64,000 nucleotides of DNA from Campylobacterales bacterium (GTDB lineage Bacteria; Campylobacterota; Campylobacteria; Campylobacterales; QNZT01): positions 32,895 through 96,894 of the forward strand of contig JAMONX010000046.1 in assembly GCA_027066435.1 (NCBI GenBank), in the 5' to 3' direction. Each line of letters starts with the position of its first letter. The stretch's first letter is position 1. The notes beneath the pieces are model-generated. The model did not search any database. It was not told the origin of the DNA and saw only the letters and a list, made by a program, of their open reading frames with translations. The position numbers were made by a program, and so were the translations under genes. Below, piece by piece: positions 8,657 through 17,406 of this stretch.

Positions 8657-8670
8657 AAGCTTTCTATTTT
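8637..8670. terminator. AT-rich bidirectional stem-loop between convergent genes
   Basis: AAAATAGAATAGCTT / GTTAA / AAGCTTTCTATTTT gives 14 bp with one bulge. It is flanked by an A-run on the left and a T-run on the right. Confidence 0.45.
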
Positions 8671-8749
8671 AAGTCAAATATTAGTAGCTTATATTGTAAG
8701 GTGACTTCAACAAACTCCCTATAGTTTAGGAACAAAGTAGTATTTTTAT

Positions 8750-11053
8750 CTATTTCTCTAAAAGCACATCCTGTTTTTCATATACCAATCCTTCTTTTTT
8801 CCCCACATACTCCAACTCACCAACTATCTCATTTTTCTTCATCTCAATACCAGTTGGAACTCTCACACTATGAATCTGCACCGCCGTTTGTTTAAAGTTT
8901 GGTTCAAAAGATTTTGGGTCAAAAAGTGATTGAGTTAATCTGTTGATCAACTCGGTGTTAAAATGAAACGGTACAAAAACATCTCCTTCCCTAACTACTT
9001 GTGTCACTTTTACAGTTATATCTTCTACCTTGCCACGAGGAGAACTTATAGCAATCTTTTCGCCACTTTTTACTTTTAGTTTATCTGCATCCTTTGGATT
9101 TAACTCTATCCAAGCTTCAGGAGCTAAATTATCAAGAATAGCAATAGTTCCTGTCTTTGTTCTTGTGTGAAACTGTTCAACGGTTCTTCCTGTATTTAGA
9201 GTTAATGGAAACTTCTCACACAGAGACTCCTCCATCGGCTCCCAATCAGCACAGACAAATTTAGGCTTACCATCATCAGTAGAACAAGGCATATCTTTGC
9301 CGTAGAGTCTTTTTGTTCCATTTGGATTTTTTTCATTGCACGGCCATTGAATTCCGCCAAGTTTTTCTATTTTTTGATAACTCATAGAGCTATAATCACA
9401 CAATCTTCCATAACTCACTTTTTGCCACTCTTTAAATGCATCTAGTGGCTCTTCCCAATCTTTGAAAAGTAGTTCATTTACCCCTTCAAAATATTTTGAG
9501 AACTCCAAAACGATATGAAAATCACTCATACTTTTTCCTAGTGGTTCTACCGCTTTTTTAGCTCTATTGCATCTTCTCTCGCTATTTGTATAGACTCCCT
9601 CTTTTTCACTCCAAGTAGAAGCTGAAAAAACTATATCTGCAATCTTTGCAGTATCACTCATAAATGAATCTTGCACTACTAAAAGCTCCAACTTTTCAAA
9701 AGCAGCTCTTAGACGAGATTGGTCAGGATAACTTATTAGTGGATTTGTAGCTATAATCCAAAGTGCTTTTATCTCACCTTTTTCTATAGCTTCTATGATT
9801 TGCGGATATGAGTAACCTCTCTTTTTAGGGACTATCTCTACAGGCACATTTACAATACTTGCATACTCTTCTCTATCATAAGAGCTTGCAAAATTTCTAT
9901 ATCCTGGAATTGAGCTTGTAAATCCACTCTCTCTGCTTCCCATAGCATTGCACTGCCCTGTTAAGCTCATAGGAGAACTACCCTCTTTTCCAAGATTACC
10001 CGTCATCAATGCTAAATTACATATCGCTGATACAGTATCAGTTCCCAAAGCTGATTGATTAACACCCATAGTCCATGCACTCATAGCTTTTTCTGCTCCT
10101 GCATAGACTCTTGCTAATTCATAAAGCTCTTTAACTCCGATACCTGTGATATTTGATACCTCTGATGGAGGGTATTTTTGGATATGTTTTACAAACTCTC
10201 TATATCCAGATGCACTATCTCTCATAAACTCTTCATCAGCCCAGCCCTGCTCCCAGATAATATGGCACAATCCATTGATAAGTGCTAAATCACTTCTAGG
10301 CTTTAAAGGTACAAAGATATCAGCCATATTTGCTGTTTTTGAGTGCCTTGGATCTATAACGATTATAGTTGGTTTTTTACCTGTTATTTTTTTATTTTTT
10401 GCGATATGAAGTTTAAGAATTGGATGATTATCTGCTATATTTGCACCTATTAACATAATGACATCAGCATGTGAAAAGTCTTCATAACAACCAGGAGGTC
10501 CATCACTTCCAAAACTCTGCTTATACCCCATCACTGCACTTGCCATACAAAGTGTGGTATTTCCATCAAAATTATTTGTTTTTAAACCAAGTTGGACAAA
10601 TTTTCCAAGTACATAAAACTCCTCTGTTAAAAGTTGTCCAGTTGAGATGCAAGCAACAGAACCCGAGCCATAGACTTTTGCAACTTCTTTAAACTTATCA
10701 CTCACTTTTAAAAATGCTTCATCCCACTCAACCTCAACCAATTTACCATTTTTTCTAATTTGTGGTGACAAGGCTCTATTATCAGCTCTTACCATCTCAT
10801 ATTGACTTAAACCTTTTGGACAAAGTGTTCCTTTGCTTACTGGATGTGCAGGATCTCCTTTTGTATAAACAGGTTTACCATCTTTTACCCCGATATATAA
10901 ACCGCACCCTACCCCACAATAACCACAAGTTGAACGAACCCAACTATCTGGTTTTTTTGCTTTGGCAACTTTACCAAATATCTCATCATCAACTAACTCA
11001 TATTTTTCATTTTTGATGTCAAATCCCAAAAAATCTTTTATTTTTTTTATCAT
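8750..11053 (-). CDS. Molybdopterin oxidoreductase, cytoplasmic Nas/Nap-type nitrate reductase catalytic subunit (putative)
   Basis: N-terminal FeS motif CGYCGVGCG...x26...CPKG. Mo-ligand region GNTTLCMASAVMGYKQSFG (Cys, not Sec). No twin-arginine signal. ATGA overlap with the upstream FeS/anchor gene. Confidence 0.75.
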   Translation of the reverse strand: MIKKIKDFLGFDIKNEKYELVDDEIFGKVAKAKKPDSWVRSTCGYCGVGCGLYIGVKDGKPVYTKGDPAHPVSKGTLCPKGLSQYEMVRADNRALSPQIRKNGKLVEVEWDEAFLKVSDKFKEVAKVYGSGSVACISTGQLLTEEFYVLGKFVQLGLKTNNFDGNTTLCMASAVMGYKQSFGSDGPPGCYEDFSHADVIMLIGANIADNHPILKLHIAKNKKITGKKPTIIVIDPRHSKTANMADIFVPLKPRSDLALINGLCHIIWEQGWADEEFMRDSASGYREFVKHIQKYPPSEVSNITGIGVKELYELARVYAGAEKAMSAWTMGVNQSALGTDTVSAICNLALMTGNLGKEGSSPMSLTGQCNAMGSRESGFTSSIPGYRNFASSYDREEYASIVNVPVEIVPKKRGYSYPQIIEAIEKGEIKALWIIATNPLISYPDQSRLRAAFEKLELLVVQDSFMSDTAKIADIVFSASTWSEKEGVYTNSERRCNRAKKAVEPLGKSMSDFHIVLEFSKYFEGVNELLFKDWEEPLDAFKEWQKVSYGRLCDYSSMSYQKIEKLGGIQWPCNEKNPNGTKRLYGKDMPCSTDDGKPKFVCADWEPMEESLCEKFPLTLNTGRTVEQFHTRTKTGTIAILDNLAPEAWIELNPKDADKLKVKSGEKIAISSPRGKVEDITVKVTQVVREGDVFVPFHFNTELINRLTQSLFDPKSFEPNFKQTAVQIHSVRVPTGIEMKKNEIVGELEYVGKKEGLVYEKQDVLLEK

Positions 11054-12633
11054 CTTTGATTCCCCGCAAAAAAATTCCCAGCAAGTCCAAGTGGAACAAC
11101 TGTAACAAAAAATAGATATCGCCCTAAAAGTTCACTAACTAATGCTCCAAGAACACTAACTCCCAATAAAAATGAAGCTACTCCAAAAGAATCACTTGCT
11201 ATAAAAAGTATTGCAAATAGTGGTAACACCAACGCAAAAATTCCAAGTGAAAAGAGCCTAATATTTTTAAACTTTCCAAAATTCTCTTCTAAAAGTGTTT
11301 TAGTTCGGTTTAGTTGATAGTAGTTTTTATGTTCACTATCTAAATATTTATAAAAAATCATCTCATCATAGATCAAAAAGAGTTGATACATACCTAACAT
11401 CAGCGTTACTGACAAAATCACCATCACACTTTTATCACTATCACTTCCAAGCAAAATAAAGGCAAGGAGTAAAAAACCAACATAAAAAACACCAAAAAAT
11501 CTGTATGTGGTTGATTTTTTATCCCATGAAGGTCTTGCTTTTACTCTATAAATCATAGATTGGGCATATATACCATAAATCCCAGTAACAAGAACAGCTG
11601 CTTGAAGAAGTGTCATCAAAAAGTCACCTAATCCAAAGAGATAACCTAAAATAACAAAATTTAAACCAAGAGCATAAACTCCCAAAGCTAAAGCCTCACG
11701 AGAGAGCCAAGAGGTTTTTATATTTTTCATAGCTGTTATTGCTAAAAAAGGGCGTCCTAGATGCAAAGCTGAGAGTGGCAAACCAATAGCTGCGGGTAAA
11801 AAGACAAAAATTGCTAACCATATATTTGCAGATGCAAGATTGCCCCCAAAAAGAGTTAAAATCTGCCCTAAAAAGAGGGCTAAAAATCCCCCAACGGAAA
11901 CTTGAGTAAGAACTGTCATAAATACCAATGGCAACTCTTTATGAGCGGGTTTTAAGATATGTTCATCTGCTGGTTTCACATCTCCTTGAAATTTAGGAAG
12001 TGTATATCTAGTTGTTGGTTTTGTGATAGAGATATCTGGTAAATGTGGAGCAACACCTTGTGAAGCCATACCATTTTTAATCCACTCTTCTTTATTTACA
12101 ACCTCTATCTCAATAGCTCCTGCTGGACAAGCTTGTACACATGCTGGAGTTTGTCCATTCTCTAACTTTTCGTGACACATATGACACTTTGTTACAATGC
12201 CTCGATCTTGATTAAAAACAGGCACTTCATACGGACAATTCCAAGTGCAATATTGGCATCCGATACAAACATCATCATCATGATATACGATACCATTTTC
12301 AAATTTAATATAAGAGTTTGTCGGACACCCTTTTAGACACTCTGGATCAATGCAGTGGTTGCAACTCATAGAGTTAAATAGTTGTGAAACTTGTGGAAAC
12401 TCTCCCGCTTCCATCTCTCCTACTCTTCTCCATTTGATATCTGCTGGGTTATTGTTTTGCTCATTGCAAGCCACTTCACAGCAGTGACATCCCACACAAA
12501 CACTCATATCAAAATGAAACCGATACTGTTCACCCTCTTTTAACTCAGGTATATCTATCTGATAATTACCGCATTGCATCCCTGTATCTGCTTTGTAATT
12601 TATAAAACTTTCAAGTGGTGTGTTTTGGTTCAT
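11050..12633 (-). CDS. Fused 4x[4Fe-4S] ferredoxin (DmsB-like) and DmsC-like 8-TM membrane anchor
   Basis: Cys clusters CVGCHCCEVAC, CNHCIDPECLKGCP, CIGCQYCTWNCP and CHMC...CVQACPAGAI, followed by ~8 hydrophobic helices. The likely start is MNQNTPLES at 12633; the ORF track extends it to 12687. Confidence 0.75.
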   Translation of the reverse strand: MNQNTPLESFINYKADTGMQCGNYQIDIPELKEGEQYRFHFDMSVCVGCHCCEVACNEQNNNPADIKWRRVGEMEAGEFPQVSQLFNSMSCNHCIDPECLKGCPTNSYIKFENGIVYHDDDVCIGCQYCTWNCPYEVPVFNQDRGIVTKCHMCHEKLENGQTPACVQACPAGAIEIEVVNKEEWIKNGMASQGVAPHLPDISITKPTTRYTLPKFQGDVKPADEHILKPAHKELPLVFMTVLTQVSVGGFLALFLGQILTLFGGNLASANIWLAIFVFLPAAIGLPLSALHLGRPFLAITAMKNIKTSWLSREALALGVYALGLNFVILGYLFGLGDFLMTLLQAAVLVTGIYGIYAQSMIYRVKARPSWDKKSTTYRFFGVFYVGFLLLAFILLGSDSDKSVMVILSVTLMLGMYQLFLIYDEMIFYKYLDSEHKNYYQLNRTKTLLEENFGKFKNIRLFSLGIFALVLPLFAILFIASDSFGVASFLLGVSVLGALVSELLGRYLFFVTVVPLGLAGNFFAGNQR

Positions 12634-12730
12634 AGTCTCTTTTCTTTTTATATTAATTATATTACACATTATGGTACAATCATACATAATTGTTGGTCAA
12701 AAAGTAATCAAATGCTAAAGGTAAAGATTA

Positions 12731-14299
12731 ATGAAATATATAATAACTCTCTTTTTAATTTTAATAATTATTCTAACGGGCGGATATTACCTACTCTTTA
12801 CAGCTAGTGGAAATGATAAGATTACCCCCTATATCAATAACTATATCTCAAAAAAAATTCCAAAATATACAAAAGTAAGACTTAACAACTTTAGACTAAC
12901 ACCAACAAGAATTAATGCAAATATTACAATAAATGATAGCCTTAATGCAAAAATAATCGGCGATTTTGCACTAACAGGAAAAAAATTTGATTTAGATTAT
13001 CGCCTCTTTTCTAAGCGTTTTAAAGTAAAAAACTTTGTAATGCAAGATAAGCTTGACTTAATAGGAAAAATAAAAGGAGACATTGAACATATTTTTATAG
13101 AGGGATCGGGAAAAGCTATCAATTCAGATGTAAGTTATACCCTAGAAATTGACAAAAAGATTATAAAAGATATTCAAATTGATATAGAAAAAGGAAATTT
13201 AAAAAGTCTGTTGTTGCTTACTGGACAAAAACCTTTTGCATCTGGAGAGCTTGACCTTTATATAAATATGCCAAAACTTGACTCTAAAAATCCAATAGGC
13301 GATGCAAAATTGGTTTTACATCAAGGAACTATTAATAGCGATTTAATTTATAAAGAGTTTAATATTACTCTTCCTGATAACTTCACTTACCAAGCTAACT
13401 TAAAATCCAAACTAAAAAATAATTATGCAACACTTGATGGCGATATCAAAACAACCTTAGCGAATCTCTTTTTAAAGAATTCAAAAGTTTATTACAAAGA
13501 TAAAAAGCTTTTAACGGATTATCAACTTGTAGTTAAGGAGTTATCAAAACTAGAATCGTTAATTGGGAAGAAACTAAAAGGAGAACTGAATATTATCGGT
13601 AAGGCTATGTTTGATAAAACATTAATGCTAGCAGGTTATACAAAAAGTTTTGGTGGAAAGATAGATTTTACTTTAAAAGATTCAAAAGTAGATGCAACCC
13701 TCAAAGGTGTGCCTTTGACAAAAATCATGCATACACTTATCTATCCAGAAGTTTTTGAGAGTGCAGTTTTTGGAGATATAGAGTACAATTTTATCAGTAA
13801 AAGAGGTGAAATTAATGCAGAACTTGTAAATGCTAGATTTTTACCAAATAAAATAACAACCTCTTTAAAAGAGTATGCAAAAGTAGATTTAATAAAAGAG
13901 AAATACAACCAAACAACATTTACTGCAGATTTAGATGCTAATGAAGTTTTGTTTGACTTTAAAGCAAAAAGCGACAAGAGTTATATATCCATCTTGGATG
14001 CAAAATTTTTAAAATCTCAAAACAAAATTGACGCAAAATTTGATATCAACATTGATGAAAAAGATTTTTCAGGAACTATCAAAGGTGATATCTTAAAACC
14101 AAGAGTAAAACTAGATACTTCACAATACTTAAAAACAAAAATTATCAAAGAAGTAGATAAGTTTATCGATGAAAAGATAAGTGATAAAACAAAACAAAAA
14201 CTCCAAAAAGAGTTAGAAAAGATAGGTACGAGAGATTTAAATGTTTCAAAAAAGGCTGAAGAAGAGTTAAGAGGCTTGTTCAGAAATCTTTTCAATTAG
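12731..14299 (+). CDS. Hypothetical membrane-anchored, beta-rich 522-aa protein (possibly AsmA/TamB-like)
   Basis: One N-terminal TM helix (IITLFLILIIILTGGYYLLF), a long Lys/Asp-rich beta-type region, and a charged C-terminal helix. The family assignment is a guess. Confidence 0.35.
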   Translation: MKYIITLFLILIIILTGGYYLLFTASGNDKITPYINNYISKKIPKYTKVRLNNFRLTPTRINANITINDSLNAKIIGDFALTGKKFDLDYRLFSKRFKVKNFVMQDKLDLIGKIKGDIEHIFIEGSGKAINSDVSYTLEIDKKIIKDIQIDIEKGNLKSLLLLTGQKPFASGELDLYINMPKLDSKNPIGDAKLVLHQGTINSDLIYKEFNITLPDNFTYQANLKSKLKNNYATLDGDIKTTLANLFLKNSKVYYKDKKLLTDYQLVVKELSKLESLIGKKLKGELNIIGKAMFDKTLMLAGYTKSFGGKIDFTLKDSKVDATLKGVPLTKIMHTLIYPEVFESAVFGDIEYNFISKRGEINAELVNARFLPNKITTSLKEYAKVDLIKEKYNQTTFTADLDANEVLFDFKAKSDKSYISILDAKFLKSQNKIDAKFDINIDEKDFSGTIKGDILKPRVKLDTSQYLKTKIIKEVDKFIDEKISDKTKQKLQKELEKIGTRDLNVSKKAEEELRGLFRNLFN

Positions 14300-14325
14300 G
14301 CTTCTGTAAATGCTGCCTATTTTTT
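14297..14325 (+). terminator. Weak hairpin plus T6
   Basis: TAGGC (14297-14301) pairs with GCCTA (14315-14319), followed by TTTTTT. The stem is only 5 bp. Confidence 0.25.
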
Positions 14326-14402
14326 AATCAATAAATTGAATGATTTTTCATTTAAATCCATTATACTCTTGTCTATAAAAATAATTTAACACAGGAGAAT
14401 AG

Positions 14403-15686
14403 ATGGCAGGCATTAAAGATTTAAAAGGACAGGGGCATTGGCCCACCCTTTTAGCAGCGTTTTTATATTTTGATTTTAGTTTTATGGTTTGGGTAATTTT
14501 GGGACCTTTATCTACAGAGATTTCTGAGTCATTGAAACTAGCTCACAATTTTATTATGACACCAGATCAAAAAGCAACACTTCTTGCTATTCCAATTTTA
14601 GCTGGTGCAATTTTAAGAATTTTATTAGGATTTTTAGTTGATAAAATAGGGCCAAAGAAAACAGCACTTATGGCACAATCTATAGTAATAGCTGGTCTAT
14701 TTTATGCTTATTTTAAAGGTTCTTCTATTACTTATGATGAGCTATTAGTAGTTGCATTTTTATTAGGTTTTGCAGGGGCTTCATTTGCTGTGGCACTCCC
14801 ACAAACTGGGCAATGGTATCCACCAAAACTTCAAGGGATTGTTTTAGGAATTGCAGGGGCCGGAAATATCGGTGTTGTTATAGATTTTATATTTGCACCA
14901 AAAATTGCGGAGCTTTGGGGTTGGGAAAGTGTATTTTTGATAGGTGGTGTGCTATCTACTATTATTTTCATAGCCTACTGTTTTATGGCAAAAGATGCAC
15001 CACCAGAGGTTTATACACCAAGACCTAAAAAACTTAAAGATTACGGAAAACTTTTAAAAGACAAAGATACCTGGTGGTTTAGTCTTTTTTATGCTGTTAG
15101 TTTTGGTGGGTTTGTAGGATTTGCTGCATATATGAAAGTCTATTTGATGAATACTTATCAAGTAGATATGAGTGAGTTTGGAGAAAATGTAATAAACGAG
15201 CAAAATGTTAAAGTAGTTGCTGGTTATTTTGGAGCATTTTGTATCTTTGCAGGAGCAATTCTAAGACCATTTGGCGGAGCAATTGCTGATAAGATTGGTG
15301 GCATAAAATCACTCTATTTCTTCTATGGTATAGTTGCAATTCTAGCGGTAGTAACAGCTACAATCGAAATACCATTTTATTTAGCAATTTTTGTACTATT
15401 TTTAATAATGGCTAGTCTTGGTATGGCAAATGGTGCAGTTTTCCAACTAGTGCCACAAAGATTTGGTAAAGATATAGGTATCATGACAGGATTAATCGGA
15501 TGTGCTGGAGGACTTGGTGGATTTGCACTTATCAAAACTCTTGGTTGGAGTAAAGGTGCATTTGATGGATATACAGCAGGATTTTTAATATTTGCTTGCC
15601 TTGTATTGTTAGCAATTACAGGAATTTCTTTGGTAAAAACAAGATGGAGAACAACATGGGGTGCAAAAGCAGGTGGAATAATATAA
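14403..15686 (+). CDS. narK: MFS nitrate/nitrite porter (NNP family)
   Basis: 427 aa with ~12 TM helices. Two NNP nitrate-signature-like motifs, GIAGAGNIGVV and SLGMANGAVFQLVPQRF. AGGAG RBS. Confidence 0.85.
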   Translation: MAGIKDLKGQGHWPTLLAAFLYFDFSFMVWVILGPLSTEISESLKLAHNFIMTPDQKATLLAIPILAGAILRILLGFLVDKIGPKKTALMAQSIVIAGLFYAYFKGSSITYDELLVVAFLLGFAGASFAVALPQTGQWYPPKLQGIVLGIAGAGNIGVVIDFIFAPKIAELWGWESVFLIGGVLSTIIFIAYCFMAKDAPPEVYTPRPKKLKDYGKLLKDKDTWWFSLFYAVSFGGFVGFAAYMKVYLMNTYQVDMSEFGENVINEQNVKVVAGYFGAFCIFAGAILRPFGGAIADKIGGIKSLYFFYGIVAILAVVTATIEIPFYLAIFVLFLIMASLGMANGAVFQLVPQRFGKDIGIMTGLIGCAGGLGGFALIKTLGWSKGAFDGYTAGFLIFACLVLLAITGISLVKTRWRTTWGAKAGGII

Positions 15687-17315
15687 ATGGCAAATATTAA
15701 CCTATCTGGTTTTTCATTAGCAAAAGGGAAAGAACTTAAAGGCGATGATGCCTTTTTGTTCAAACAGATAGACAATCTTACAATCTCTGTTGTTTGTGAT
15801 GGAGTTGGAAGTGCAGAGCATGGAGCTGAAGCTGCTCAAAGAGTTTGTAATTTTTTGATAAACTCTCTTAAAAATCGCCCACTTTCGTGGAGCATCCAAA
15901 AATCTATTACCCACTTTATAAAAAACATCAATAAAATCCTCTATACCGAATCAATAGACTCTTATGAGAGAGAAGAGCTTATAACTACACTTACATTGGT
16001 GGTCATTGAAGGAGAACAACTCTATGGAGCGAATGTTGGAGATAGTAGAATATATTTACAAAGAGATGGAAAATTATCCCAACTTTCATCAGATCATAGT
16101 GCTGATGAAGAGGGATTAGATGGGGTCTTAACCCAAGCCATAGGTATAAGTGAAGATGTAGAACCTTATTATTTTGAAAATCTAATAGCACCCCATGATA
16201 AAATTTTAATGTGCAGTGACGGCTTATACACAATCTTAGACGACGATAAATTAAATGATGGAATCTCAGGAGGTGCTCACTATCTTATAAAAAAAGCTAG
16301 TAAATTGATGAATGATAATCTTCCTGATGATACAACGGCAGTTATTATTGATATAAAAGAGACAGATTTGTTCTGTTTGCTAAAACAAGCAAAAGTAGAT
16401 ATTCCTGAAAATCTAAAAGCTGGACAAAATATAGATGGCTATAAACTTATAAAACCTTTAGTACAAAATGAGAGAACTTGGCTTTGTGAAAATAATACGA
16501 TAGAGTATGTAATAAAGTTTGCTCCATATGAAGCACTTGAAGATGAACGCCTACTTGATTTGTTTGTAAAAGAGGCTTGGAATGCTAAAAGATTGAAAGC
16601 TGGATATTTTCCAAAATCTGTAATTCCAAGAAATAGAACTTCAAGATATTATATTATGCAGCTGGTAAAGGGTGATGAAGTAAAAAAATATATCAAAAAG
16701 AGATTATTATCAATTGATGAGGGTGTCTCTTTGGCAAAATTTTTATTGGAGATGAATCAATTTTTATTGAAGTATGATTTAGTTCACGGAGATATAAAAC
16801 CAGAAAATATCATTAGAGCTCAAAGGAAAGGTAAAACTTATTATAAAATGGTTGATTTTGGAAGTATTATCGAGATATTTTCGATAAATTCCAGAGCTGG
16901 CACTCCATCATATCTTGCTCCTGAGAGATTTAAGGGAGAAAATATAAATGAACAAAGTGAAATATTTTCTTTAGGTGTAACACTCTATGAAACACTTACT
17001 GGAAAACTTCCATATGGTGAGATAGAACCATTTCAAAATCCAACATTTAAGAAACCAAAAAATCCAACACTACACAATCCAAAAATCCCTAAATGGTTTG
17101 AGAGTGTAATTTTAAGAGCGATATCAGCTGATTCTTCATTTAGATATCAAAACTACTCTGAGATGCTATTTGAATTAGAAAATCCTAAAAAAGTAAAACC
17201 ATTTTTTGACAAGGATGCATCCCTGATTGAAAAAGAACCAGTCAAAGTATATAGAGCAGGTTTTATTATCATGCTGGTTATAAATATCTTTTTGTCATAT
17301 AAGTTATTTTTATAA
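15687..17315 (+). CDS. Bifunctional PP2C-type phosphatase / Ser-Thr protein kinase with a C-terminal TM anchor
   Basis: PP2C motifs VVCDGVGS, GANVGDSRIY, LMCSDGLY and DDTTAVIID. Kinase motifs VIKF (Lys), HGDIKPENI, VDFGS and GTPSYLAPE. Tail AGFIIMLVINIFLSYKLFL. Its ATG directly follows the narK TAA. Confidence 0.85.
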   Translation: MANINLSGFSLAKGKELKGDDAFLFKQIDNLTISVVCDGVGSAEHGAEAAQRVCNFLINSLKNRPLSWSIQKSITHFIKNINKILYTESIDSYEREELITTLTLVVIEGEQLYGANVGDSRIYLQRDGKLSQLSSDHSADEEGLDGVLTQAIGISEDVEPYYFENLIAPHDKILMCSDGLYTILDDDKLNDGISGGAHYLIKKASKLMNDNLPDDTTAVIIDIKETDLFCLLKQAKVDIPENLKAGQNIDGYKLIKPLVQNERTWLCENNTIEYVIKFAPYEALEDERLLDLFVKEAWNAKRLKAGYFPKSVIPRNRTSRYYIMQLVKGDEVKKYIKKRLLSIDEGVSLAKFLLEMNQFLLKYDLVHGDIKPENIIRAQRKGKTYYKMVDFGSIIEIFSINSRAGTPSYLAPERFKGENINEQSEIFSLGVTLYETLTGKLPYGEIEPFQNPTFKKPKNPTLHNPKIPKWFESVILRAISADSSFRYQNYSEMLFELENPKKVKPFFDKDASLIEKEPVKVYRAGFIIMLVINIFLSYKLFL

Positions 17316-17406
17316 TTTAAAATTATATAAAATAGAAATTTAAAGCTTCTTTTTAAGTTAATCATATATAATACCGTCACTAAAAATAAAGGGCGGTATT
17401 ATTTGA

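Noticed and set aside
8750-11053. An alternative reading of the molybdoenzyme as formate dehydrogenase, or as a SoeABC-like cytoplasmic sulfite dehydrogenase.
   Set aside because: The Mo-ligand segment is LCMASAV (the Nap/Nas-type Cys context), with no in-frame TGA or Cys-His pair typical of Fdh. The size (767 aa) and the narK neighbourhood fit nitrate better than SoeA. A phylogeny is still needed.
14328-14339. The palindrome TCAATAAATTGA upstream of narK, and TAATCAA strings in both nitrate-related promoter regions, considered as a possible FNR/CRP-type or nitrate-regulator site.
   Set aside because: The arms are only 5 bp and the half-site order is wrong for TTGAT-N4-ATCAA. Such matches are easily produced by chance in >75% AT DNA.
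17316-17406. AT-only palindromes (TATAATTT-A-AAATTATA) and a 7-bp stem (AATACCG...CGGTATT, 17-nt loop) between the kinase-phosphatase gene and the REC-GGDEF-EAL gene, considered as a terminator or operator.
   Set aside because: The loop is too long, the stem too short, and no convincing U-run follows. They are indistinguishable from background palindromes at this AT content.
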